DNA of 64,000 nucleotides from positions 1,984,001-2,048,000 of the forward strand of contig OX638340.1 of assembly GCA_951812955.1 (NCBI GenBank), given 5' to 3'. The position numbers and the translations under genes were made by a program. The notes beneath the pieces are model-generated. The model ran no database searches and was not told the origin of the DNA. It worked only from the letters and a program-made list of their open reading frames with translations. The first letter of the stretch is position 1. Each line of letters begins with the position of its first letter. Source of the DNA: an uncultured Gemmatimonadota bacterium. Its GTDB lineage: Bacteria; JAAXHH01. Shown here piece after piece: positions 45,917 through 55,432 of the stretch.

Positions 45917-47002
45917 TTATCCCGGTTTCCCGATCACGACGACCCGGGATGGATCGCATGACAATCGGATCGGCGCACCGGGACCGGCAAGTCGCTGGCC
46001 GGGACGATGGTCAACCAGCTTCACCAGCGTGCCGTCGTCCAACTGGACCGAATACTGCTCGTGGTCTCCAAGATAGACGGTCTGCCGGACGACGCCGGAT
46101 AGCACGTTTTCTTCCTCGCCGCCGGTGGGGTCCGGTCTCGAAACACGGATGGCCTCGGGCCGGATGGAGCAGACCACCTCGTCTCCCGGCGACAGGTCCT
46201 CAGCGGGTTCGATCGTCGAATGGAGTATGCCGACCGGGGTCTCAACGGCCAGTGGCATGTCCAACCGCGTCAACCTTCCGGCCACGAAATTCGTCTCCCC
46301 GATGAAATCCGCCACGAATGCGTTCGCGGGCCGGTCGTAGATCGAACGCGGTTCACCGGTCTGGGCGACGGCCCCCGTATCCATCACGGCCACACGGTCC
46401 GCCATGGAGAGGGCCTCCTTCTGATCGTGGGTCACGTAGATCATCGTCGTGGCGGTCTCATCGTGAATACGCCGGATCTCATCGCGCATTTCCAGGCGAA
46501 GCCGGGCGTCCAGGTTGGACAGCGGCTCGTCCAGCAGCACCACGTCGGGGCGGATCACGAGGGCGCGGGCAAGCGCCACACGCTGCTGCTGGCCGCCGGA
46601 CAGCTGGTTCGGCGACCGCTCCCCGTAGCGTTCCATCCGCACCATCCTCAGCGCTTCGGCGACGCGGTCGTTCTGTTCGGAAGGCGGCACTTTGCGCAGG
46701 ACGAGTCCGTAGGCCACGTTCTCCCGGACGGTCATATGCGGCCAGAGCGCATAATTCTGAAACACCATGCCCGTGTTTCTCCGGTGGGGCGGTCTGCGCG
46801 TCACCTCCTGACCGTCGAACAGGATGCTGCCCGCATCTGGTGCATAGAACCCGGCGATCAGTCTCAGGAGGGTCGTCTTGCCGCAGCCGGATGGGCCCAG
46901 AAGAAAGAACAGTTCACCTCGCGCGATCTCCAGAGATACATCGTCAACCGCCGTCACGTCACCGAATTTCCGGGTGATTCCCTGCAGTGTAAGACTGACC
47001 AT
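45917..47002 (-). CDS. ABC transporter ATP-binding protein (PotA/FbpC type with C-terminal TOBE-like domain), about 361 aa
   Basis: Walker A (GPSGCGKTT), signature (LSGGQQQRVALARAL), Walker B (LLDEPLSNLD). Start at MVSLTLQG; the ORF-track start at 47050 is a possible alternative. Confidence 0.8.
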   Translation of the reverse strand: MVSLTLQGITRKFGDVTAVDDVSLEIARGELFFLLGPSGCGKTTLLRLIAGFYAPDAGSILFDGQEVTRRPPHRRNTGMVFQNYALWPHMTVRENVAYGLVLRKVPPSEQNDRVAEALRMVRMERYGERSPNQLSGGQQQRVALARALVIRPDVVLLDEPLSNLDARLRLEMRDEIRRIHDETATTMIYVTHDQKEALSMADRVAVMDTGAVAQTGEPRSIYDRPANAFVADFIGETNFVAGRLTRLDMPLAVETPVGILHSTIEPAEDLSPGDEVVCSIRPEAIRVSRPDPTGGEEENVLSGVVRQTVYLGDHEQYSVQLDDGTLVKLVDHRPGQRLAGPGAPIRLSCDPSRVVVIGKPG

Positions 47003-47111
47003 AATTGGTTTCTCAAGATATGAAATTACGTTCAGGGTATGAAAAAACACGCACCCGTCCGCGCTGATGCGACGCGCCGTACGGGACCGTACGAAGGCGG
47101 GGCCATGATCC

Positions 47112-48557
47112 TCAACGGCTTCTCCGCTTCAACCTCCACAGGTATAGTACCATTCCCGCAAGCACCAGCCCGCTGCCTGCAAAAAGCATGTACCTGGCGC
47201 CGACAGATCCAGACCCGCCCGAGGCGTACTTCTCGGCCGCCAGCCGGCTCCACGAGAGCAGGGTCCGGTTTCTGAATCCCTGGTCCCGCCAGCGTTCGCC
47301 CAGGACAAGGGATTCCTCCTCCGTAATGGGCACGGCCCCTAAAGAAGGCAGCAGACGCGCCACGTCTCCCGTCTCAATGGCGCGACGCCACCTTCGTTGC
47401 AGGGCAGCGTGCGCGTCGATGACGAATACGCCGATCATGTCGTCGACAATATGACGCCTCGCGGCGCCTTTCTCGGCATCGTACACGAAGGAAGATTTCC
47501 AGGTAAAAGGATTGAACGTGACCGAGGTATGTGCCGGATCGATGCGCTGGTACAGGTGGGGCAGAACCGTGAACCGGTTCAACTGGAACCTCTCCGGCCC
47601 GCCCGGCGTGCCGGGTTTCTGCATCCACAGGCGCTGGCCTGGCTCGGACAGGACGTAGCGAAGGAACGACTGTGCCACGGTCAGGTTGGGCGCGCCTTTC
47701 AGGATGGAAATACCGTCCGGATTCAGGATCGTTAGATTGTCCGGCATGGTGTAGCCGATCATTTCAGGGCCCACGGCGTTAATCTGTGCCCAGGCGTAGA
47801 AATCAATGGCCATCCCGTAGGCCACTTCGCCGGAAGTCACGTCCTTGGGCACCTGGCTTCCCGAATTCGCGAATCCCCTGGCGTTTGCGCCCAGCGCGGT
47901 GATGATCTGCCAACCCCTTTCCCAGCCGTATACCTGCAAGATGATCTCGAAGGGCACGTGCGCGCTGCCGCTTTTCCTGGGATCTGCCCCGCCGACCCAC
48001 GAGAAGAGCCGGGGATCGGCCAGGTCTTCCCAGGTCTCCGGCAGGGGCAACTCCACGAGTTCCGCCACCCGCTTGTTATACACGATTCCGAATCCGGCCA
48101 TCGTCGCGCCGTACCACCGGTACCCCGCGTCGTATATCGGGTAACCACCCACCTCGGCCGGTATCATCGAGAGCAGGGCATCGGGCATCCTGTACGAAGC
48201 AAGCAGGTCGAGGCGGGCCAGTTCCACGAACGGATCGCTGCCCCCGCCGAACATCATGTCGATACCGATGCCACCCGGTTTTCCGGTAAATTCCGACTTG
48301 ATGAATCGGATGATCTCGGAAGTCCCCCCGACGTCCATCCACTCGATCTCGACCCCGCGGCCGGTGTCCTCCCGGTAATAAGCGTCGAACCCCCGGGTGA
48401 ATTCGTAGCGAATGCCTTCCCAGTGCGGGGAGACGATGACCAGGCGGTCCTGTGCGGAGATATCGGCCGGGCCGCTTGCATGGCAGAAGACGCATGCGAA
48501 GAGGAAATACCGTATGACGTGATGAACGAATGGCCGACGGTTCAACGGATACCTCAA
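47112..48557 (-). CDS. ABC transporter substrate-binding protein (family 1; iron(III)/thiamine/polyamine type) with an unusual C-terminal TM helix plus basic tail, 481 aa
   Basis: N-terminal signal peptide. SBP_bac_1-like body. The C-terminus ...ASGGSGSVGARYMLFAGSGLVLAGMVLYLWRLKRRSR resembles a sorting signal (Gly-rich motif, hydrophobic helix, Arg/Lys cluster). Confidence 0.65.
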   Translation of the reverse strand: MRYPLNRRPFVHHVIRYFLFACVFCHASGPADISAQDRLVIVSPHWEGIRYEFTRGFDAYYREDTGRGVEIEWMDVGGTSEIIRFIKSEFTGKPGGIGIDMMFGGGSDPFVELARLDLLASYRMPDALLSMIPAEVGGYPIYDAGYRWYGATMAGFGIVYNKRVAELVELPLPETWEDLADPRLFSWVGGADPRKSGSAHVPFEIILQVYGWERGWQIITALGANARGFANSGSQVPKDVTSGEVAYGMAIDFYAWAQINAVGPEMIGYTMPDNLTILNPDGISILKGAPNLTVAQSFLRYVLSEPGQRLWMQKPGTPGGPERFQLNRFTVLPHLYQRIDPAHTSVTFNPFTWKSSFVYDAEKGAARRHIVDDMIGVFVIDAHAALQRRWRRAIETGDVARLLPSLGAVPITEEESLVLGERWRDQGFRNRTLLSWSRLAAEKYASGGSGSVGARYMLFAGSGLVLAGMVLYLWRLKRRSR

Positions 48558-48570
48558 GAATTGGAAAACC

Positions 48571-49503
48571 TTACCGCTTTCTCGCCGTCAGGACCAGCAC
48601 TACGGCGACCAGCAACGAAACCGCCAGACCGACGCCCACAACCACCGGTTTGACCGCGTTATTCACCAGGGGTTCGTCGATCCCCAGCAGGACGGAAAGA
48701 ACGAGCACGGGGAGCAGCATGGCGACCAGGAAGGTCAGCCGCCTCGCGGACGCGTCGATTCTCCTGAGTGCTTTCGTCTGGACGGCCGTGGCCCCGTCGT
48801 TCAGCATCTCCCATGAACGTGTGAGCGCGTCGGCCATGTTCCTGAAACGGTAGTACGCGTCCTGGAGCTGGACGATCGTATCCGGCTGCAGGGAGAGTTT
48901 CTCGCCGGCGTAAAGCGAATGAACGATTTCGCACTGCGGTTTGACGAGATGGATCATGTCGATGAGGCGGCGCTGCGTGTCGTATATCCATCGGGCTTCC
49001 ACGTCCTGGTCTGGCGTGATCGTTTCCGCGGTGAGTTCGGATATCAGCGGGTCCTGGCGATCCGCTATCGTCTGCATGATCAGGGCGACCGCGAGATCCG
49101 TAGACCGCATCAACTGGGCATCCTGATGGATCCGGTCCTTGACTTCCTTCAAAAGGGCCAATGGAGTGGAGTGAATGGTAATCAGGTAGTCGGGCGCCAG
49201 AAAGAAACCCAGCTTGACCGGTGGCGCGTCCAGACTCTCCTGCACGTGCAGGACGATGAACAGGTGTCCCGGAAACACCGCCGAATAAGGCCGGGTCGAA
49301 GCCTCCCGGCAAGCCTTCACCGAAAGGGGATGGGCGCCGAACTCCTTGAAGTCGCTCAGGAACGCCGCGTCTTCGTCCGTGATTTGCTCGAGGTCCAGCC
49401 AGAACAAGCCCTTGGACTCTTCCAGGGTTTCCTGGAGGTGGGAGAGAGATACATCATCATAGCGGATGACGTTATTCTGTTCTACGATAAGCAAATCCCG
49501 CAT
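48571..49503 (-). CDS. CorA-family divalent cation transporter homolog with GMN replaced by GID, about 311 aa
   Basis: CorA-like cytoplasmic domain (HPLSVKACREASTRPYSAVFPGHLFIVLH). Two C-terminal TMs. The signature position reads LLGIDEPL instead of YGMNFxxMPEL. Start at MRDLLIVEQ. The ORF-track N-terminal 158 aa is a frame-shifted overlap with the upstream permease. Confidence 0.55.
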   Translation of the reverse strand: MRDLLIVEQNNVIRYDDVSLSHLQETLEESKGLFWLDLEQITDEDAAFLSDFKEFGAHPLSVKACREASTRPYSAVFPGHLFIVLHVQESLDAPPVKLGFFLAPDYLITIHSTPLALLKEVKDRIHQDAQLMRSTDLAVALIMQTIADRQDPLISELTAETITPDQDVEARWIYDTQRRLIDMIHLVKPQCEIVHSLYAGEKLSLQPDTIVQLQDAYYRFRNMADALTRSWEMLNDGATAVQTKALRRIDASARRLTFLVAMLLPVLVLSVLLGIDEPLVNNAVKPVVVGVGLAVSLLVAVVLVLTARKR

Positions 49504-49511
49504 GAGTTCCC

Positions 49512-50936
49512 TCAATTTCCTTTGTTTTTCTTTTCCCAGTAGAAGTAAAAGGGAAAGCCGGCGGCGACGATGGCCAGGCCGATAAGCGTATTGTAGATGA
49601 ACTCCACGTTGGTAAGCAGTGACACCAGGTAGCCGGTGATCACGGCAAGAAACAGCAGGGGAGTAACCGGGTATCCCCAGGCCCTGTAGGGCCGTTCCGC
49701 ATCGGGGCGGGTGAACCGCAACACGATGACCGAGCCGATGGCGATTATCGAAAAGGCGTAGTTCGTGAAGGCCCCGTAGGCAATGATCTGTTCGTAGCTT
49801 GGCGTCAGGGCGAACAGGGCGGCCAGAATGCCCTGGGTAAGGATGGAGACGGCCGGGGTGCGGAACCTGGGATGCACCCGGCTCAGCCGCTCGAAGAACA
49901 GGCCGTCTTTGCTCATGGCGTAGAAAAGGCGCGGCGCTACGAGAATCTGCACATTGACTCCGCCGAAGGTGGAACACATGACGCCTACCGAGATAAACAG
50001 GGCGCCCCAGTCGCCCAGCAGTACCTTCATCACGTCGGCCGCGATCCAGGGCGATGTCTGGACCTGCTCGAAGGGCAGGACGAGCATGTAGACGAAGTTG
50101 GCCGCCATGTAGATCAGGATCACGAACACGATTCCGGCGATGATCGACAGCGGGATATTGCGGCTCGGTTTGCGCATTTCACCCGCGACGTAGCTCGAAA
50201 ACGTCCACCCCTCGTAGGCGAATAGACCGGTGACCATGGCCGCACCGAAAGCGCCCAGCGCGAATCCACCCACGGCTTCCCCTCCGCCTCCGAACAACGG
50301 CGAGAAATGGTCCATGGAACCCTTTTCGGCCATGACCAGGCCCAGCAGGATCAGCCCCCCGAGCGCACCGACCTTGATGAAGGTGAACAGGTTGGTGACT
50401 CGGCCGCCCCAGCGTACGCCGATCACGTTGATGGCCGTCAGCACCAAGACGCACGCGCACGCGATGAGCGCGCGGGCGCCGGTGCTCAATACGATCCCCG
50501 GGACGGCCCCGTCCGCCGTGACTACGTTGACCACGCTGGCGAGGTAGGCTGCAAACACGTTGGCGACGGCGGCGATGGACACCGGCCAGACGATCCAGAA
50601 AGAGGACCAGCCGAAGATGAAGGTGAGCCATCGCCTGCGGTAGGCTTCGCGGATGTAGACGTACTGTCCCCCGGTCCGGGGGAGCATGGCGCCCATTTCA
50701 GCGATACAGAGTCCGCCGCAGAGCGCGAGGATGCCACAGACCAGCCAGACGAGGAGGCTCATGCCCGGCGAGCCCACGTTGGAGGCGATGACGCTCGGCG
50801 CCTGGAAGATGCCGGAACCGATCACTCCGCCCACGATGATGGTCGTGGCTTCGAGCGGTCCCAGCCCGCGAACCAGTCCTTCGTCCCCGGCATCGGATAT
50901 GGGAGAAGCGGCAGATTTTGCTTCCGGTTCAGCCAA
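49512..50936 (-). CDS. APC-family amino acid permease (12 TM), 474 aa
   Basis: AA_permease_2 profile (GSGIFQAPSVIA...). 12 hydrophobic segments. Confidence 0.8.
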   Translation of the reverse strand: MAEPEAKSAASPISDAGDEGLVRGLGPLEATTIIVGGVIGSGIFQAPSVIASNVGSPGMSLLVWLVCGILALCGGLCIAEMGAMLPRTGGQYVYIREAYRRRWLTFIFGWSSFWIVWPVSIAAVANVFAAYLASVVNVVTADGAVPGIVLSTGARALIACACVLVLTAINVIGVRWGGRVTNLFTFIKVGALGGLILLGLVMAEKGSMDHFSPLFGGGGEAVGGFALGAFGAAMVTGLFAYEGWTFSSYVAGEMRKPSRNIPLSIIAGIVFVILIYMAANFVYMLVLPFEQVQTSPWIAADVMKVLLGDWGALFISVGVMCSTFGGVNVQILVAPRLFYAMSKDGLFFERLSRVHPRFRTPAVSILTQGILAALFALTPSYEQIIAYGAFTNYAFSIIAIGSVIVLRFTRPDAERPYRAWGYPVTPLLFLAVITGYLVSLLTNVEFIYNTLIGLAIVAAGFPFYFYWEKKNKGN

Positions 50937-51049
50937 GCCTCACCTCGACGGAAATGCTTGTAAATTCAAGCAGAAACATGAATAATATAACGGCATACAC
51001 AGGTCAACAACAATCACATTTGAACCGACTGGGAATCCGCGTTAAGGCC

Positions 51050-51078
51050 TTGACAGGATACCGTCCTGGTTCTATATT
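51050..51078 (+). promoter_or_regulatory. Canonical sigma70 promoter for the tRNA(CAT) gene (TTGACA-17 nt-TATATT)
   Basis: ttgaca ggataccgtcctggttc tatatt, about 16 nt upstream of the tRNA 5' end. Confidence 0.5.
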
Positions 51079-51094
51079 GGGTTGTTCGATTCGA

Positions 51095-51168
51095 GGCGGC
51101 GTAGCTCAGTTGGTCAGAGCATCGGAATCATAATCCGAGTGTCCGGGGTTCGAATCCCTGCGCCGCTA
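51095..51168 (+). tRNA. tRNA with anticodon CAT: elongator tRNA-Met or, more likely given context, tRNA-Ile2 (lysidine-modified)
   Basis: Hand-folded cloverleaf: acceptor GGCGGCG/CGCCGCT (G1-U72), D-arm GCTC/GAGC, anticodon stem TCGGA/TCCGA with loop ATCATAA (CAT), T-arm CGGGG-TTCGAAT-CCCTG. The anticodon stem lacks the 3 G-C pairs of initiators. Lies immediately upstream of tilS. Confidence 0.8.
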
Positions 51169-51175
51169 TTTTTCA

Positions 51176-51208
51176 TGGCCTTTCTACATTCGGAAGGCCA
51201 TTTTCGTT
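51176..51208 (+). terminator. Rho-independent terminator after the tRNA(CAT) gene
   Basis: TGGCCTTtctacattcgGAAGGCCA followed by TTTTCGTT. Confidence 0.55.
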
Positions 51209-51229
51209 ATGATTCCAGTTTGATTCCCC

Positions 51230-52624
51230 ATGCCTGCATCCATCGCACATAAAGTCGAGGCGACGATCCGTCGCCACGGGATGATCAAGACGGGTGACCG
51301 CGTGATCGCCGCGGTTTCCGGCGGCGCGGACTCGGTGGTCCTTCTTCACGCCCTGCACGGCCTGAGCGGCAAATTGGGCATGAAACTGGAGGTGGCTCAC
51401 CTCGACCATGGTCTCCGTGGTGAGGAAGGGCGGGAAGACGCCGTTTTCGTCGCGGAATACGCGGCGGCCCTGGGCCTTCCCTGCGTCGCGGAACGGGCGG
51501 ACGTCGCCGCCTACTGCCGAAAGACGGGTTGTTCCATCGAGCAGGGGGCGCGCAAGGCAAGGTACGGATTCCTGCGAAGGGTGCTCCTTGAAAAGGACGC
51601 GGATTCCGTGGCGACCGGACATACGGCGGACGACCAGGCCGAGACGGTGCTGATGCGCCTCCTTCGCGGCAGCGGCAGTTCGGGTCTTTCCGCCATCAGG
51701 CCGGTCAGAGACGGCTGGATCATCCGGCCGATGCTGGACGTCACCTCCGACGAGATCGCCGACTATGCACGGAACCACGGGTTGTCCTTCCGCGTCGACC
51801 ACACCAACGCCGACCAGGATATCCTCCGCAATCGTATCCGGCACCACCTGGTGCCCATGCTGCGACGGGAATACAATCCCAGGATCGTGCAGGGCCTCGG
51901 ACGGCTTGCCGACACGATTCGTTGTGAGGCGGAATATCTCGACGCAAGGGCGTCGGCCTTCCTCGCCGATCATGCGCACGCCACGGACGGGAACATCCTT
52001 TGCATGGACCTTCGTGCCTGGCCGGACGCGGCACCCGCCGTACAGCGGGTACTGATCCGGCACCTGGTCAGGTCGGTGGGCGGCAGCGAGGAGCGTCTGA
52101 ATTTCGACCGGGTGGAAAAAACCCGCACGTGGATCGGCCGGGGCGCAGTCGGCCGGATCCATGAACTGCCCGGCGGGATCCGCATGGAATGCCGAAGGTC
52201 CGAACTGGTAGCCTGCCTGGGTTCCTTTGTACCGTTCCGGCGGGACTTCGAAGTTCCCGGCCGGGTGGAAGTTCCGGCATCGAACCTGTCGATCCGCATC
52301 GAAGAAGGATCGGCAACGGACGCGCCGGCCGCGACCCCGAAGCGGGCGGTGTTCGACGCCGAGGCCGTGCCGAGACAGTGGACTGTGCGTTCGCGCGAAC
52401 CGGGAGACCGCATGTCGCCCTACGGCCTGGCGGGTCACAAGTCGCTGAAGAAACTTTTCAACGAATGGGATGTGCCCAGGCTGCTTCGCAACCGCATCCC
52501 GGTGGTTACTGGAGGCGACCGCGTGTTGTGGGTAGCCGGTCACCGGCAGAGCAATGAGGGTATGGTTACCGGGAATACCCGCCGCGTAATGGTCGCCGAA
52601 CTGATGGCGAATAACCCGGACTGA
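51230..52624 (+). CDS. tilS: tRNA(Ile)-lysidine synthetase, 464 aa
   Basis: PP-loop SGGADS (VIAAVSGGADSVVLLH). TilS substrate-binding and C-terminal domains. Confidence 0.85.
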   Translation: MPASIAHKVEATIRRHGMIKTGDRVIAAVSGGADSVVLLHALHGLSGKLGMKLEVAHLDHGLRGEEGREDAVFVAEYAAALGLPCVAERADVAAYCRKTGCSIEQGARKARYGFLRRVLLEKDADSVATGHTADDQAETVLMRLLRGSGSSGLSAIRPVRDGWIIRPMLDVTSDEIADYARNHGLSFRVDHTNADQDILRNRIRHHLVPMLRREYNPRIVQGLGRLADTIRCEAEYLDARASAFLADHAHATDGNILCMDLRAWPDAAPAVQRVLIRHLVRSVGGSEERLNFDRVEKTRTWIGRGAVGRIHELPGGIRMECRRSELVACLGSFVPFRRDFEVPGRVEVPASNLSIRIEEGSATDAPAATPKRAVFDAEAVPRQWTVRSREPGDRMSPYGLAGHKSLKKLFNEWDVPRLLRNRIPVVTGGDRVLWVAGHRQSNEGMVTGNTRRVMVAELMANNPD

Positions 52625-52724
52625 AGGCGGAAGACTCAGGCCGGCGCCCATGGTGTCGATGACGGACGCGTTGAACTGAAGGCGAAGTGACCGCACCGGC
52701 CGGCGGACCAGGTTGGAATCCAAT

Positions 52725-53240
52725 ATGAAGATCCTGCTCACCGAAGAACAGATCGCGGAGAAGGTAAGAAGCCTCGGGGCGCAACTGTCGGGCGACTACA
52801 GGGGGAAAAACCCTGTGCTCATAGGCTGTCTCAAGGGTTGCGTGGTCTTCCTGGCCGACCTGATGCGGCAAATCACGATACCTCACTCCATCGACTTCGT
52901 ACGCACTTCATCCTACGGAAAGGGGCGGGTTTCCACGGGTACCGTACGGTCCGAAATGTTCGATTTGAATGTCCGCGGAAGACACGCTGTGATCGTCGAG
53001 GACATCGTTGACACGGGGCTGACGCTGGGCTATCTTACAGATGCGTTGACCAGGCAGGAACCCTTGTCCCTGAAGGTTTGCGCCTTGCTGGTCAAACCGG
53101 AGGCTTACCTGGCGCCCGTGACGATTGATTACAAGGGGTTCGACATACCGGGCGATTTCGTCGTAGGGTACGGTCTCGACTGGGGGGAAAGATACCGGGA
53201 CCTGCCGCACGTCGCCGTGGTCGATGAACAGGATGCCTGA
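52725..53240 (+). CDS. hpt: Hypoxanthine phosphoribosyltransferase, about 171 aa
   Basis: PRPP-binding motif [12 protein letters not shown]. Conserved tilS-hpt-ftsH order. Start at MKILLTEEQ. Confidence 0.85.
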   Translation: MKILLTEEQIAEKVRSLGAQLSGDYRGKNPVLIGCLKGCVVFLADLMRQITIPHSIDFVRTSSYGKGRVSTGTVRSEMFDLNVRGRHAVIVEDIVDTGLTLGYLTDALTRQEPLSLKVCALLVKPEAYLAPVTIDYKGFDIPGDFVVGYGLDWGERYRDLPHVAVVDEQDA

Positions 53241-53384
53241 GCGTGGGGGCATGCGGGGTGTGAAACGCCTTGCATATTCTCACGCTTATTTCTTGGTTTC
53301 CGAAATGGAGACGGCGTACCGGCACCCGGGCCTGGCGGACGGAACCGTACGATACGGTCAAGCGCACAGGACGGACAGGATCGA

Positions 53385-55430
53385 ATGACGAAGACCAGAC
53401 AGCGAAACGAGAAGCAGCGGGACCGGCGGTCCGCCGTACCCCGCCAGGGCCGCGGCAACCGGCAGCACGCGCCGCGCCGGACCCGGACGATCGTCATGTG
53501 GGTGCTCCTGGCCCTGCTGTCGGTGGTGCTGGTCCAGTTCTTCAGCCGGAATCGTTCCGACGGGCTGGAAATCGGATACTCCACGTTCCGGAACCACCTG
53601 GCCAATGGGAACGTCCTGAACGTGACGATGCTCGAAAAGACCATCGTCGGCGAATTCAGAAACGGAGTCAGTACCCCGGTCGCCGGCAACCGGGAATCCC
53701 TCGAGACACGGTTCAAAGTCGAGATTCCCTTCGAAGACCCCGACCTGGTCGACGAACTGGTGCGACAGAACGTAACGATTACCGCCCGTCCGAAGTCGGC
53801 CCCGTGGTACACCCACCTGTTGACCTGGCTGCCGCTGTTCCTCATTATCGGCCTGTGGATCCTCATCTTCCGCCGGATGCAGGGCGGGCAGAAGGGGCTC
53901 TTTTCCATGGGCAAGAGCCAGGCCAGGCTCACCAGCGAGCGGGAGGGCGTAAAGTTCGGCGAAGTGGCCGGCGTCGAAGAGGCGAAGCGCGACCTCCGGG
54001 AAGTCGTGGAGTTCCTCAAGCATCCCGACAAGTTCAGGCGGTTCGGCGCACGCCTGCCGAAAGGCGTACTCCTGCTGGGACCGCCGGGTACGGGCAAGAC
54101 CCTCCTGGCACGCGCGGTCGCCGGTGAAGCGGGCGTACCGTTCTTCACCATGAGCGGCGCTGATTTCATGGAGATGTTCGTCGGAGTCGGCGCCTCCCGG
54201 GTGCGGGATCTGTTCAAGCAGGCCAAGGAAAACGCCCCGTGCATCATCTTCATCGACGAACTTGACGCCGTGGGCCGTCACCGCGGCGCGGGCCTGGGCG
54301 GGGGCCACGACGAACGGGAGCAGACCCTGAACCAGATGCTCGTGGAAATGGACGGTTTCGAACCCAACAGCGGGGTGGTCCTGATCGCCGCCACGAACCG
54401 GCCCGATGTGTTGGACCCGGCGCTGCTCCGTCCCGGACGGTTCGACCGGCACGTCACCGTGGACCGCCCGGACGTCAATGGGCGCGAGCAGATCCTGGAC
54501 ATCAAGGCCAGGGACAAGCCCCTGGCGGATTGTGTTGATTTGAAGACCATGGCCAGGCTTACGCCGGGCATGTCGGGCGCGGACCTGGAAAACATCGTAA
54601 ACGAGGCGGCCCTGCTTGCCGCGAGGGAAGATCACAAGCAAATCACCATGAAGGATCTCGAACGTTCCAGGGATCGCTTCGTCATGGGTTCGGAACACCA
54701 GTTGATCATGTCGGAGGAAGAACGCAGAACCGTCGCGTACCACGAAAGCGGCCACGCCGTGACCGCCGCACTGATCCCGGAGGTCGACTCCCCGCACTGC
54801 GTCACCATCATTCCTCGTGGACAAGCGCTGGGGACTACCTACTCCATTCCCGAGGAAGACCAGTATCTGTATTCGGAAGCCTGGTGCCGGGGGCAGATCG
54901 CCTGCCTGCTGGCCGGACAGGTCGCCGAACGCATCGGGGTCGGCGACACGTTCAACGGGGCCGGAGACGACATAAAGCGCGCCACGGTACTGGCGCGCCA
55001 CATGGTCTGCGGCTGGGGGATGGGCGAACTGGGGCCCCTTGCCCTTGGCAACCCTGAAGGGGAGGTCTTCCTGGGCCGGGAGCTCACCCGGAAACGGGAT
55101 TACAGCAACAGGACGGCCGTGAAGGTCGATGAGGAAATAAGGAAAATCATGGATGCCTGCCGGCAGCGTGCGGAAGCCATCCTTTCGAAACGGGAGGACG
55201 CCCTGCACCGGATGGCCGAGGCCCTCCTCGAGCATGAAACGCTGGACCGGAACCAGATGGAGAGGGTGATCGAAGGGAAACCGCTGGATTCGACCGTGAA
55301 GCGTGAAGTCATACCACGGCAGGACGCCGGGGATGAAACCGTAATTAAAGAGGAGGCACAGACCGACGATGCCGAAACGCCAGCTCACGCGCCGTTCAAA
55401 GAACCTCCTCTGGCCGCCCCGGGAGTCTGA
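53385..55430 (+). CDS. ftsH: ATP-dependent zinc metalloprotease FtsH, 681 aa
   Basis: Two N-terminal TMs. AAA Walker A (GPPGTGKT), SRH region. HEXXH (HESGHAV) zinc site. Confidence 0.9.
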   Translation: MTKTRQRNEKQRDRRSAVPRQGRGNRQHAPRRTRTIVMWVLLALLSVVLVQFFSRNRSDGLEIGYSTFRNHLANGNVLNVTMLEKTIVGEFRNGVSTPVAGNRESLETRFKVEIPFEDPDLVDELVRQNVTITARPKSAPWYTHLLTWLPLFLIIGLWILIFRRMQGGQKGLFSMGKSQARLTSEREGVKFGEVAGVEEAKRDLREVVEFLKHPDKFRRFGARLPKGVLLLGPPGTGKTLLARAVAGEAGVPFFTMSGADFMEMFVGVGASRVRDLFKQAKENAPCIIFIDELDAVGRHRGAGLGGGHDEREQTLNQMLVEMDGFEPNSGVVLIAATNRPDVLDPALLRPGRFDRHVTVDRPDVNGREQILDIKARDKPLADCVDLKTMARLTPGMSGADLENIVNEAALLAAREDHKQITMKDLERSRDRFVMGSEHQLIMSEEERRTVAYHESGHAVTAALIPEVDSPHCVTIIPRGQALGTTYSIPEEDQYLYSEAWCRGQIACLLAGQVAERIGVGDTFNGAGDDIKRATVLARHMVCGWGMGELGPLALGNPEGEVFLGRELTRKRDYSNRTAVKVDEEIRKIMDACRQRAEAILSKREDALHRMAEALLEHETLDRNQMERVIEGKPLDSTVKREVIPRQDAGDETVIKEEAQTDDAETPAHAPFKEPPLAAPGV

Positions 55431-55432
55431 CC

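Noticed and set aside
49503-49977. N-terminal 158 codons of ORF 48571-49977 (Arg/Pro/His-rich)
   Set aside because: They overlap the 3' end of the APC permease gene in another frame. The CorA-like homology starts only at MRDLLIVEQ, so the gene start was moved to 49503.
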